A stretch of 64,000 bases of DNA from Phoronis australis. Its lineage: Eukaryota > Animalia > Phoronida. Below the pieces are notes generated by a model. It was not told the DNA's origin. It did no database searches and was given only the letters and a program-made list of their open reading frames with translations. Shown piece by piece: positions 13,401 through 27,929 of the stretch; positions within the stretch are counted from its first letter, which is position 1; every line of letters begins with the position of its first letter. The translations under genes and the position numbers were made by a program. The stretch is taken from assembly GCA_002633005.1 (NCBI GenBank), contig NMRA01000188.1, positions 596,377 through 660,376 on the forward strand, given 5' to 3'.

Positions 13401-15036
13401 CTCGAGTCTGTCACAAAGCAGAGGTAACACAATTCCCTTACAAGAGCTCAAAGCCCTCAAGAGGGTCACATAATTCCTACAGTGTAATTAACCAATAATT
13501 TTTATTCCCTTTGAGAAGCTCTTCAGAACAAATTGATGCAGTAATTTTTTGACATAATAAAGTTTTACCCATAATATGTGCTAGAACAGAGACGGTTGAC
13601 CATATTTATTAAAGCAGTCAACATGTGTTTAAGTATTCTAAAATCCATTTTTAATTATTTACTTAAATAACAAAGTAACAAAAACAATAAATTTAAGAAT
13701 AAGCATACATGTACTTGTACATGAAGTACAAAGATAAAATAGCTTTTTACCAAAATAGTTGAATTTGTACACCAGATAAAATACCATGCGTAAATATCAT
13801 GACCTTACTTGACTCTCAAGGTCACATGAGTTATGGCACTGCATGTATGACAGTAAGTCTTCAAGAAGCATGCCGATCATGAAATACATATTAAGTTTCA
13901 TGATGTACTAAAGCCAGCTGGTATGAAATACAGTTAAAATTGACAAAACACTGCACGTTATAAAACATAGCAATTTTCTGATTAAAAACACAGCAGATTT
14001 TCCTACAAATTGAGCACTTCCATTACATTAATACCACGTAAATATGAAAAAGCCAAAGATGATATTAGATCAGGACACAGGCCCTGGAGGCACCCAAGAT
14101 GTGCATCACATTACTTGCTAGTCCTGCAGTGACACCTTTTGGTACCAGCTAGAACTTAAAAATCTGGAAGTTGGATTTACACAAAATGTTCTACTTGCCC
14201 AAGTATGCCCCAACACTGATTTGTTGTGATCTCAGATGAAAAACAGTCAGGTCATGGTCGATAGCATCTGCATCAGTTGATGCACCACTAGGCAAAGTTT
14301 AATTTTTTTCCAAGGCAAGATATTTTCAATTGCAGGACGTCTGCAAATCAGTGGGTGATATTGTCTGATATTGGCCAGCAAACACCAGACAATCTGAAGA
14401 TACCCGACATCAACAGCTATCGCAAGACATCAAGCCAATGCCTGGAAGACACCCGTCTGATCTGTACAAGATTGCTTACTCTGGCATGTCAGAATTCTAT
14501 TGCATATCTCAAGTGTAACCGATACACATCGCATAAAACCAAACCCGCAGAATCAGCCAAACATCTCCAAACATGGGATTAGGATTAGTACAAAACAATT
14601 TTAACGATAAATCTATCTCTAGAGCAGCTGCTTTGCAAAATCAAACTGACATTGACATTACTGGGATCAGAAAATTACTTTCTGAAATCAACCTCAGCCC
14701 CTAATGGAACATGGAACCAGCCACTGTAGTATAATGCTCCACTGGCGAAGCTTAATCACACTGGATAAATGGCAGCGTAATTTAAACATAACTATTTACC
14801 TGGTAAAGTCACTGATTTTGATTTCAGCAAATGTCTGGCCAACAACGGTGAGAAATTGGCGATTTGTATCAAAATAACAAAACCAAAAAGGATTTTGTTA
14901 ATTTATAGTTTTGGTAAAAGATACTGCTCTAAGATCAATAAGTCTCCCATCCAACAAGAATCCAAAATGCCACTCTTCATTGTAAAACCGCTAATGTCCC
15001 TTTAACCCCCCCAAAAAAGAGGCTTGACCAATTTCG

Positions 15037-15251
15037 TCACGATGCCAGCTTTTTCTTCAATTCTCTATCCTCTCTCTCGATCTCTGCTTGGATCTGTTTT
15101 GCTCGCTCTCGTCTCTCCATTTCCTGTTGTCTCTCCTCTTCTTCCTTCTGTCTGTCGAGCACTTCCTGACCTCTCAGCTTGCGCTGTCGGACAGACTCTG
15201 CCACTAATTTGACGCACGGCCCAAGGGGAGCGCTTTCAACCTCGTCGCTAC
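15037..15251 (-). CDS. IQCM: IQCM-like last coding exon (SDEVESAPLGPCVKLVAESVRQRK + charged coiled-coil tail, TGA)
   Basis: TTCACAG acceptor, phase 1; stop shared with ORF 15037-15264. Confidence 0.85.
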
Positions 15252-18200
15252 CTGTGAATGACATCTCGCCATGATTATCATAAGAACAATAATTACAATA
15301 TTAATGGGTAGAAATAACACTGTACCAAAACAGGTGTTTAATGGTGTTTAAGAATATGTAGCTTGTTTGAAAAGTCATTTGCATTTTCATAAGCTTAGTT
15401 TATGCAAGCAAGGAGTTACAACTTCAAGAACAATGAGCAAGCCACTCTTAATAGGTGAATCTGCATGAACCTTGCTGAATCGAACTTAAGGATAACTCAA
15501 ACTTTAAAATTGTCCGTTTTTTAAAATTTCAAATATGTGTACCAAAATACTTTATCTTCATTCTCAGAGAACTTCAAATGCGAAATATATACCATGTAGC
15601 CAGAAAAGCAGATTTAGTAGAACCATCTTGGAACCGCACAACCGCGCGGAAAGTTGTTTAGTACTCATCCGAGGTCAAAGGTTACAAGGCTGTCACTCAA
15701 ATCAAATCTCCAGGTGCCAGGCATAGAGCAATTCCGTGTGTACAATGTACCCTCAGTTCTTTTATTCACAGAGTCACCATAATATTGAGTCAACAAGATG
15801 TACACAGCATAGGAAGATGACGCAGATAAGGAAGATGAAATGTAGTTTTGATCCTGAGGGAATTGTGTGGCTGCATGCATACGACTATTGAAAACGAATA
15901 CACCAAGTCCAAGTCGCTGAACCGTCTCTGTTCACTAACACAGCAAGTTGTTAAAAAAGATAAATCCTCGCGAAATTCATTAATTTGATTGGTAATTTGA
16001 CATTTCGCAGTTTCAATCTCTTGCTCATGGCACACTTTAATCACCGACTCAATTTCTATTGACCATTTCGTACTTGGTTTCTTGATAATCAGATATTCTC
16101 CCCACCGAGTGGTGTGTATACAGTGAACTGTTGGCCTAGTTACTGTTGACTCCACCTTCTGACCTAGATAACACGAGGACCAGGAACCCCATGTACAAAA
16201 TTAAAATGTGTTTGTGATAATTAAGTTAATTACGCACTGCAAATTCAGTTGACATTACGAGTGAATGTTGAAATAGCGAACATGGTTAAGGCATGTATAA
16301 ATTATATTGACCGAAAACAAGTTTTCATCGAATAATTATTAACCGAAGACCTGAGGATTTTCACATCTCACAACTTAATCAGCTTTTTCTCTGCTTCAGC
16401 AAATCGGCTTAATTTGAACTTAAGAACACGAGTTCTCGAGAACGGCTCAGTGGATTTCCCTGAAACTTAATATTTATTCATCAATATCAACAACGCTATT
16501 ACTGATTTTTGATACAAAGGTCTAGTTTTAGTATAATATAACAAATGCGACAGCTATTTTTTTACAAAAATACCTCACATTTTGTGAGCTAATTTGTCAT
16601 AGAAACCAAACTAAAAAGATTAATCAAAAATTCCTGACAGCATTTTTTAGGTAACTGGTGAAGTTTTCATTTAAAAAAAAAGGTTTCATTAAAATCAACT
16701 GACGGATTATTTTGCTATGAATGAACCTTTCTTAAAAATGAAATTTTGACTTAAAAAATGTGATAACGTAATTATAATGACATATGAATATTGAACATAT
16801 TTTTCTAATCCCTAATCTTTTTGTCAGAAAATATATTCTTTTACTAGTTGACAAAGCCTGTTTTTTGATATACGAGTTAGGCTGGAGGCCACTAAAAAGG
16901 TTTGAGATAACCTTAAGTCAAATGTCAAATAAGTGAAGGTCCGATCACCTCAACTAACAGCATTACAAGAAAACATATTATAAGCTCATGAAAATGACAC
17001 AAAAGAAGAACAAACGGTACATGACCAACAAAAAGAAAGGTACAAATTACAGGGAAAAATATTTTTTTTCAAAGATAAAATGAAAGATGCAAAAGGAGAA
17101 GTCAGGATACAAGGAAAGAATATGAAAAAAGAAATAGACCTTATATGGAGTTTTAGTGATGACGTGACGGCCATTGTTGACGTGATTTGGAAGCGCAAAA
17201 TGCACAGTTGCATCACATTGTCAAGAATTTCACAGATCTTTTATTTTTCCATTGAAATAACCACAAGAGGCATTTTAGCACAGAAACTTTTGCAAAATTA
17301 TGCGTTTGGGTCAACTGGTATGTGCCGAGACTGCTTGTTCCCAGGGAGTTGAGAAGGATTAAGATTTACCAGTAATAATTTTCAAAGTGCATTATGATAG
17401 TATTTTAGTGAATCTAGCCTAATTACCATTACCGTTTCTCATCTAAGCATTTTAATTTTATTCGACTATATACAAAATGTCAAAATGATGTCATACTAAA
17501 CAATTAAATTTTCTATAAAGGAAGACGAGGAGAAGATAGAATAGAGGAGAAGAAAATGAAAATAAAGAAAAGAAAAATGGAAAGACAAGACAAAAAGGAA
17601 AGAAGGAAAATAAATTGGGGGAAAAGATGAAGAAAATGAAAGATGGAAAAAATTAGGATACAAGATGAAGAAAATGGGAAAGAAGGAATAGAGGTTGGGA
17701 GAAATGAAAAAGGGAAAGATGATGGAAATGAGAAAGAAGTTGGGTTAGAAAAGGAAAAACTGAAGAAAATGGTTAAAGAAATGGAGGAGATTGGAGAAAA
17801 AGAAGACAATAAAAAAACTAGGGTAAAAAAAGCAGAAAAGAATGAAGGTTCATGAAAGAAGACATTACCGTGCATCTGCATGGCGTCTTCGCCATCCACA
17901 ATGGGGTGCATCCAGGTGGACTGGCGGGTGTTCTGCAGGCCTGTCCCCTCAGGCACAAACAGCTGGAAAGTGACCTCTAGCATCTCCTTCTTCGTGTAAC
18001 CTTTGACCGTTTTCCGCTTCTGGACTGCAATAAGTAGGAATGGGTGTATAAAGGAAAAAGGAAATGGAAAAACAATATGGTGGTAGTGTTGGCTTTTAAT
18101 TTGACCCACCAGAACATAAATATTTATTGTTAAGTTGTTTAATACACTTCAATCTGACTTAACCAATTGATAAGTGTCCAAGTAAAAGACACATGCAAAC

Positions 18201-21200
18201 ATCTGGCATATCGCAATTGTTATAAATCTGACAAATATTGGAATTTGGTTAAACCTCAAATATGAAATATTGGAGCCACCTACACTTGAAGACGATGTCC
18301 ACTGCGTGGTCAATCTCTGCTTGTGAAGGGTATAGGTCACACTCCTTGAAGTAGAGCGGGAACTCGTCTAGTTCTAGCTCACCGCCAAAGCTGCGCTTTT
18401 CAAACACACTCTCATAACCTAGGCAATGGACAGAAAACAATTATGGCTAAGAGAACAGGGTATAAAAAACAACATATGTAATGTAACGTTATTTCTGATC
18501 TTGAGCAAAATTAAACTGTCAGTTCTTCACTAAGTTCATTTTTAACAATGAAGGCAACCGTTTTTCATGTCATTTTTAGCAAAAATAGGGTTCGTTGATT
18601 ATCCCAGACATATTTTTCACTTATTTACAGCTTTTTGTAATTTAATTACTCGTCTACTCCGGAAGAGATGTTTTGGGAGGCAAGAATTTCGCGCCAATTT
18701 CTTTTCATACAGTCTGACTGTGAGAGCAGTCGAGTCAGTCATTGTTCGGTGGTGATAAGTTCGGTCGTCGTTGGCTTTTGTTTACGAGTACGCAGCAACA
18801 GCGTGGCATGTTGACTGACTCGTAAACAAAAGCAAACAACGACCGAACTTATCACATCCGAGGTAGAACAATGACCGACTTGACAGCTCTCACAGTCTGA
18901 CTGTACGAAAAGAAACTGGCGCGAAATTCTTGCCTAACAAAACGTCACTTACGGAGTTGAGGACGAGAAATTAATTTAAATTACGAAAAGCTGTAATTAA
19001 GTGAAAAATATGTCTGGGATAATCAACATACCTTATTTTTGCTAAAAGTGACATGAAAAAAGGTTGCCTTCGCCTTTAACAAAGGTGGGTTTGCAACAGC
19101 TTTAAACACAATTACGCATCATCCGTCTCTCTGTCATCACACTCACGTCGTTTCAAGTCCATAAACTTGTTTAGATGGTCAGGGTTGAAAGGTCGACTTG
19201 GCTTGTTGACCCCATGACGTCGCTGGATCCTTGCCAGAAGGTCTTTGTAGTCTGTGACAAACTTGTCCCAAGAACTGGCGTGCACTCTTGCCTAGGGGAA
19301 AAAAACATTAATGATGAAAAAACACGTTGTTTGGGACTACCCGAATAATGGACATCCTAACAGGACATCCCGGATTACACAGCAACAACTGAATCTCGTG
19401 TTGATAACCCATAATGCTACAACATCCACCAAGCAGTTCTATAGCCTGTTTTCAGGTCATGGAACTTTCTCACATTATTTGTGGTGCCTTGCTTTTTTCA
19501 AGTTTTTCTTGACTGCAGCAATGCATTCAACTTTCCAAGCAAAGTTTTACTGCTGTGCTGTGGGTTGCAACTATGGCAAAAGGAAGTTAGATAAACTTGA
19601 GAAGTATACACGGATGTGATATTTTTCAATGTGATTCCCAGAATCAGCTCAACATTCTAAAACAAGGCAATGTAACAACTCCTTTTCCTACTTCCAGGGC
19701 TAAGAAGATTTTTTCCGGGACCATCCTATTATGAAGGTGTATTTGAATTTCGTAAGCACCTGCCAAAAACCTTTTCTGCAATCCATTTCTCAACAGCATA
19801 GTCTCCTAAATGAGAACGATCTAAATTGCCTACAAACATGTAAGTTTCCTTTATTTGTGGACTGGAAACAGAGACAGCAGCTATGCTTTTGACATTTGCG
19901 GTACAACGCATCACTGATGTGTCTAATACTCTGTCTAATACCCTACAACTCAGAGCAAGTTATTATACCAGGACCACCGTCAGAGTGCAATGTAATTTTC
20001 TCAGAAATGGGACAGTTTCAATTCCCTTGTTGAAAACCAATGGACTGCAATATTGAAAGGATATTCAAGGAAGAGTACGTTTACATTTACGAGTAAGTAA
20101 GTCTCAAACAGTCGTGGAACTATAGATCGCAAACGTATTTAGTCCTGTCAGCACATCACCTGTTGGCCAAATCATGTGACCTAATGACCTAATGGATGTA
20201 AGTCTGAAAAGATTTCTGCCCCCACCAGCACTCAAACCTGGACCTTTTGCTAACTCAGGAGATCAAGGGTGAGATGCCCACTACTATAAGTCTGATTGGA
20301 TTTTGTTTTCGACTGGTGGTTTCGATGGCACAGGGGGGTAGAGCGTCTGCAAGGTGAGCAGAAGGTCCCGGGTTTGAGTCCCGTCTGGGGCAGAAATCTT
20401 TTCAGACTTATACTCATTAGTTCATGTGATGTGGCCAACAGGTGGCATGCTGGCCAGACTAAACATGTTTGCAATAGATCTACATTATTTACCGCATCAC
20501 GCAGCACAATGTTAGCCTGTCACTAGTTGACACTCACCTTCCTCTTCAAGGCTTCGAACATTCGTCTGACAAGCCAGCCGCGCACGTGTCTTTGAATAAT
20601 AACGGCAGCATCCCGCAGACGCGTCTTAATAGGCCCGGCCTTCACAGGATGGAATATTCTGGAACAAGATTGCGATCACTACAAACTTCCAACGCTGATA
20701 TACCATGCAGTATTCCCATTATTATGAGTGGTGGGCAAACACTCAAAAAATAAATCAGATATCAGCACTGCAACAATTCCTTTCAAACTTTTTCGCGAGA
20801 CAGTATTCCACATGGAAGTCGACTGAACAAAATCCTGTACTTACAAAAATATAACATGGTGCGTAAAAATTCAAAGTAACTTATAAAACAGTCAAAAGAT
20901 GAAAAAACAGTCTGATCGATCACAAAAGGTTAAAAAGAAATTCGTCCAAATCTATAATGATGACAAAACACCAGAACAGAAGACCCAATATTATCATGAT
21001 GTTGGGACGTCATGATGTTAGTACACCATGTTGTCAAGTGGCTGTCTAAACCTTATAACAATATGTGCCCCTACACACAGAACACTATAATATTGCAACA
21101 AACACGAAGTGACAGAAGTGAGAATCACAACTTATTTTTATAACTTAACTATGCTTGCATGAATGTATGAAGCCAAACACACACATTCAAGAAAAAAATG

Positions 21201-24200
21201 TTATACTTACTCATACATATCTACATGTGGCCCAATAATAGCCAACTTGGAAGCAGCCTGGTTGTGATTTAAAGCACTCCTGGAATACAAGGAAAATATT
21301 ATTAAGTGGCTATTTCATCACAGGAAGTATAAAAGTATGACGAGGCATGGTTTCTTAAACCCAGAAGATTGCTAAAATTACAAAGGTCCTTTAACTTGAT
21401 TCAATCGCAAACTACAATACATTAACTATTTTGAAATGAACACACCCAGTTCACAACAACTGGGTGTGGGAAGGACCTTTTAGTTAGTAGAAGCACTAAC
21501 TACATAGCTCTAAATCACTTCATACATGCTAAAATGAGAAATAAGTCTCAATACCGTTGCGTCCTCGCCTCTGCCTTCTCCACTCGTGCAAGTTCGTTCT
21601 CAACCTGAATAGCCTTAAAATTCCGTGCCCATTCGATGGTTTCGGGGTTGGGCTTACGGCGGTAAATGTCTTTCTTACGTGATAAATGGCCACGGTAGAT
21701 TCTACAACAATCGGATTATGTGAACAAACAAAGTTTTAATATTTAATAAAGAACAGCAAGTTCTGCACGGTTGTTTTTATTTGCAGAAGACAACGAGAGC
21801 CGGAATTTCTATGTTTTGTGATGTTGATGAACATAAATTTATCTCTGTTCTCTCAAGGATAAACTAGTCCTATACACAAGTTGAAAATGATGAATAATTT
21901 CAATTCTTTGGACTCTGGAATACTATGTTCTTGTTTGTGAGTTTAGGAGCATTGTTACAAACCCTCAGCCTCTCAACACAAGCACAACACATCACCAGTC
22001 AGAGAAAACATCTTCATTGATTCAGAAGAGAGTTAAAACATGTTAAACAGAAATGAGCAATCAACGTTATCACTATAATTATCATTATCATAATTAAAAT
22101 TGTTATTGTCATTATCATTATTATTGTTGAGAATTTATTATTGTTCAAGTATCAAAAAAGCAAAACTTGAAAATGATGGAACAGCTCCCAGAGTTGACAG
22201 CTGGGGTCTGATAAACTCGTTGTACCTCTGTATTTCAATGGCTGCCTTTCGCTGATCTTCTCTTTTTTCTCGATTGTCACGCAACAGCTTCTTGTAAACA
22301 TTGCGAGCAGCATAGCCACGGAATATCCTACAATCCAACACAATGGTCAACATTATGATATGCCTATGAATGCTATTTCCATCAAAGGATCATTATAGAA
22401 AACACAGTACATGCCTAATTTAAAGTGATCAGACAAAATGAGTTCTTATTCCCTGTTTTGAGAGCATGGCGTGAAAAAATAATTCACCTAGTACCAGCTT
22501 TAATGACTCACCTTTGAATGTCTACTGCAGCGCAAGCTTGTTTCATCAACACTGCCGCCTCATTTTCGAGATCAGGGTCCTTGATGTTGTGGTAATGTGC
22601 AATGGGTCGGCCGATCGACGCAATGCTCGGTCTGCTGACGTCACTTCCTGTCCATTCCTTAGCCTGTCCAATGTATATGTTTTGGTTGACATCTTGACCC
22701 TTGGACAGTGGCTCCCCCACAATAGGTGATGGGGTATCAACTACAGAGAAATGTTCGACGAAACATTATTGACAAATTGCAACAGGTTATCTATTATCAG
22801 ATCACTGCATGGGACATTGTGAGATCAATGTTAATATTGGCCTTTACAGCCAAGTTAGCGTAAGCTGAACAGTATCAGTAATAAAACTTATAAGATATAA
22901 CTGGTCCATGATAATAACTGTCTCAGATAAGGCTAAAGCATTCATGAAGCACACCTGTGTCAAAGTTCAAATTTTCACAACTTATCACAAGTTCTAGTAA
23001 ATACATATAAAGTAGCTTTAAAAAAGTAACGGAAATCTTCTTAAGGTCCTAGGACCTCAGAAAAATTCCAATTTTGGCAAAATTCAGATGAACGTTATAT
23101 CTCAGAAACGGCTGATCACATTCATGTGAAACTTTCATATACCATTGCTTTATGCAGTGTTCTAACGTTAGGACATGTTGTTTTTAAACTTTTGCATGAG
23201 GGGCTCTCAAAAATATCATTTTATGATTATTATGATAAAAATCAAAAGTGGCATAAAATGATACTGGAATGGTTGTTACACTGCTTTTAAAATTTCAACT
23301 AAAAACATTCCTATGATTCATGATATGGTCATGCGTATAAAACTGTTGTATTGTTATCATAATTGTTTCTTAATTTCTCTTACCTAAAACTAAAAAGACA
23401 TGAGCACGTGATCCAATTAACAGCAGGTTTTATAAAATTAAAAAATCAAAATCCATATCCTTTCTAGTTTGAGACAATACATTGTTAGTGAGTTAAAATC
23501 TACAGTTTTCCAGCTACTTGCAGCTATGAAGACCTAATAATTAAGTCTTACATAACTATAAAGCATAATTATCTTTAAATTACCGATATACAAGCAAAGG
23601 CTGTCCTACTTATCATGACAAATGAAATATTAAGCTTTTCAAAGAGGCACTGGTCAATGCTGCATTATCACCAGACCAAAGAAATATCTCTTTTTTTACA
23701 TACCAGTGTTTTGCTGTTTGACGGCTTCGACAGCGAGTTCTTCAACTTTTGTACCAATTTTCTGTATCTTAATGGATTGTGCCAATTCATCCACTTCATG
23801 GTGCGACACACTGACAGGTAGGCCCCTATCTACACTCCTCAGTTCGCTCACTAAAACAAACGCCAATAGTAGTACCTAGCAGCTTTGCAACTTAAATAAA
23901 TGATCCTTCATCCTTCTGTGAAATCATGTTTGTTGCTAAATCGCAGTTGCTACAAAATTTTGTTTCTGAAACTTAAAATGATGAATAGGTTATAAGCAAC
24001 AGTAGCAGGCATGGAAATATGTCTGTGTTGGTTTTAACACAACTGAAGCAAAACCGGTAAGCCTCATTTACAAAATGTACTATTTTCAAAAGCTCCACCA
24101 ATTGGTGATCACTATTGAGGAAGATAGCAGCCAGTCAACAGCCATCAAAAATCTGTATCTAAAAGCAATTCTCCTTTTTACATTGGATGTCTAGTAAAAA

Positions 24201-27200
24201 ACTGACTGTGACTGAGAAGTTAGGCTCAGCGTTTTTGATTATTAAAGGTGATATTTTTTAACCAGAGACTTTATTTTTATGTTTTAGCTGCTGAACTTAT
24301 TAACAACGTATTGCAGAGCAAAGTTTGAATGTGAGAGCAAATGTTTTTTATCTCTTCACCTGTGTTGTAAATTTTATTATTTTGCTGACATAAATTATTT
24401 TAAAAAATGTCTCGCAGAAACAGAAATGGAATTGGGCTACTTTTTCATAGAGCATCACTGTAAAAACGATGAAATTATTAAAATTTCAACAAACCATTCT
24501 CCATGAAGTGCCGAGGACTCCTTGACCGCAGTGCATGATGGTCCAGCTCGGGGTTATAGCTATGCCCCAGTCTTGGAGACCGTATACCGTACGGACAGTG
24601 GGGGCTGGGAATGGATGGGGGGGTCTTGTGAGGTGCAGTCAAAGGTCGAGCTGGGTGATGTTGCTCCCGATGCAACAGAATACGTTCTGTGGGGGGTGGT
24701 AGACCACCTTGCGCCCGCTGACTCTTGACTGGGGCAAATCTGACAGAATTTGGCCGGCACGTCTTGCAGTAGTTCTCAGGTCGTTTTATGGCATGCGACC
24801 AGTGTTCCCCACGAATGGTGTACTTTGAACGATCTGGAACAGTGGTACCATTTGTAGCCCGCGTAAAAAAATACAATCTTCAAGCAAGTTTTCCGTTCAC
24901 ATAAAATGCTCTAGATGAGTGTAAAATACAGTACAAGGCAAAAGTAATCAGATAAAATACTGTTTTCCCACCATGACAGCTAATTCTGTTAACAGCAAAA
25001 ACTTCTGGTAATACCTATTAGGGTAGCAAATTTCTAACAGTGAGAATAGCTCATTCATTTTTCTTCATTCCGGGTCATGAGGGAACGCTACTCTGACGAT
25101 GGTTTCTGCCCAACCATCATAGCGGGAAATTCCGGGTCATTTTGTCTAAATACTTTTGGTTTGTACTCAAGTTTGCCTTTACACACTGTCTGTTACACCT
25201 AGTGAACTTTGTTTCACAAAAATAGAAAGAAATGGCCTCCATGACTCTATACATTCCACTGTTCATTTCATACTTTTTCCGTGCCATCCCACTCACTCTT
25301 CAAAGCCCTGTTCAGAGGCAAACTAGTTTCATTTTTGGCAAGTGCACCGCACCAAAGTTTCTAGTGTCTCTTTATGGTGACTATTCATTGAATATTTAAG
25401 TTGAATTTGACCACAGCATAGTAAACCTCGGAGTCGGTTTTATGAAAAGTGGTTTACGACTTAAAACTGAAATTTGTCCTTACAACTTCTGAAAAACAAC
25501 TAAATCTGGAGAAAAAGTAACAAGTTTCACAGAATATACGTATAACTGTTGGGTACAGAGAAAATCTTTATAAATTATTTCTAGACTGCGATGGGTCCAT
25601 AATCACTTGACTAAACCTTTAATTTCAGCAATTATGCAGTCACAGCGTAAGACCAAGATTCTATCATAAGTCTCAAGACACTTTCATCAAACAGGCTATT
25701 GGTGATTTGTTTCAATAGTCTCACAGGCCAATTACAATTTTGCATGTTAATTGTCATGAATAAGTTTGTGTTCATCAATGACTTTAATTACTTACCCTTT
25801 AATGAAGTTCCCTGAATGTGTAAATTATCCTCATCAACTTCACCTTGTTCATGGCTACATGTACATACATGATCAGATGGCGGCTCTAGTACATCCCCAC
25901 TATTATCATACTGAGTCTGCACTTCATCACCATTAATAAAACGTGGCTCTTCAATAACAACATTATCCGCACAATCACCCACGTCATCAGTCTTTTTCTC
26001 ATCAATTGAGACCATTAAATTTGCCTGTTCACGCTCGACCATGTCCGTTTCATTGTTCACTGATATGCGCGTGACAGAAGTAGCGTCAGAACATTTATCA
26101 TCTTCCCCTTGCACTAAGTCTGCTTGGCTGCCGTCTTGAAAAGTGTCGTCGGGGTTACCCGTGTCAAAATCACCTCCGAACTCACTGAAGTCTCCATCAC
26201 GACTATCAATCTGTAGTTAATACAACATAAGAATTAAACAGCATGTAAATGTGAAAAATAAAACACAAACCAAATACTGTCAAAAGCTCAATTTCTCATA
26301 GTCAATATGGCTTTAATATTGCTATGAATCAACAATATTTTAGTTATCGGGAGGTGAGCAAGCTTAAGTCCTTGAAAATGAAATATCCGAAATTAAACTG
26401 TATTCATTCTTCTCAGAAAAACAAAGATAAAAATATTTAAAGACCCAGTTTATGAATCCAAGATGGTGCTGCGGTGGCCATTGTTCACTTTTTTGGTAGT
26501 GACATGGATCCAACAGTAATAAATAAAGTTTGAGGCGACACGTCAAGTCATATAAACCATCAGTGAACTGTGCTCGGTCCATGAAATATATCACGCAAAA
26601 TTACAGATGCAAAAGTGATGTATTACAGACCTTATGAAACACGAATTAAAAATCTTTTTAAAAAGATTATGGCATATGGCCTCAATTAGAATAGTTTTAC
26701 ATTAGACACTGCACAATCAGTATGTCAAATTGAATACAGAAAATATGTCTTAACAAAATGCAAGTTTACATCGTTCTGGAAGTTTGACCCTAAATCCTCA
26801 TCAAGATCGTTGATGTCAGGAAGGTCAAAGTCACCCCCCGCTGTAGAGTATGCCTGATCACTGGAGTCGTCTGCATTCCTGTGTGCTGAAGAGACCATAC
26901 TGAGGTAATCGCCGAGTGTTGATGTCTGTGTGACAGGGGGAGGGGAGCTGATTAATGTACTCAACTCTACATCAGGGGGTAAACTGGAACAGAAAGTGAA
27001 TGGCTGTATAGACAAAAGTTTACATTTTGGGCTTGGACGAGGTAACTAGTACACATAGTGGCTTAGAATTTTGCGGAACCTCATAAATCATGGGTGTTTT
27101 CACACATAATAGGCCTTTGAAATTGATACGAAATGTCAGTGAAAGCAGTTCTTTGTGAAGCCTGCAAACATCTGTCCCAGTTGGACTGTGTAACTAAACC

Positions 27201-27890
27201 GTGGTTAACAAAGAGTTTATGGTCCTGGTCGACAAAATGAATGTTTTATAACTCCCCGGGGATTCTGAAAAGCCCAGTCCATAAGGATTTGAAAGTTGGA
27301 CAACAATTCCTAAAGCACATACATAGTGAAGATGTACCCGACATTGAAAGTAGTGCCACTATGGTGTGGGCTGCTTTTTTACCTCACAACTTTGATCATT
27401 GTATTTCTAAAATGGCACTCATATTAACAGTGGTACGAATGTCTGCTGATTGGCCTACCTAAATGTCTCCTGCAAAGTGTTGTCTGGTGTGGCAATATTA
27501 CGTCTTAAGGCAGTGTCTAGCAGGGACTTGGGTGCCACAAACGACATGTACTCCTTCGACGATGCACTTAGCCCCCTCTGGGAGAACGAGGCAGAACTAC
27601 CGCGTGCCAGACTCTGTAATGGAATCTTGGAAGTGTAACCACAAAGCAGCAAAGGCAAAAAAACAGCTAGAGTTCACATTAGCAGAAAATTAGGAGAAAA
27701 TGTGTGATGCATCTTGGTCAAGATTTTACTAAGATTAAGCCCAAACCGAGAAATGCTCTAATAAAAAAGAAATGGAAAACTGGACGAAGTTTTGCGAGTG
27801 TCGAAAATTTGTTGAATTTTCACGTTGTCTAGCTTGTTTTGAAAAAATGTCATTTTCAATATTGTGCCTGTAACAAGAGGTATTCCAATA

Positions 27891-27929
<39 letters not shown>

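Noticed and set aside
15665-16155. Similar ORFs at 15790-16155 and 40157-40372 (HEQEIETAKCQIT) suggesting a gene family
   Set aside because: The similarity comes from two copies of the same TTAA-flanked repeat; frames are not preserved between copies and there is no recognisable domain.
17513-17868. 198-aa hydrophobic ORF (17513-18109) and the K/E-rich ORF 17643-17855
   Set aside because: Only 17869-18024 is a real exon; the rest is translation of a GA low-complexity tract.
20318-20391. Functional tRNA gene
   Set aside because: The acceptor and anticodon stems are degenerate, the B-box is mutated, and it continues into a repeat body, so it is SINE-derived.
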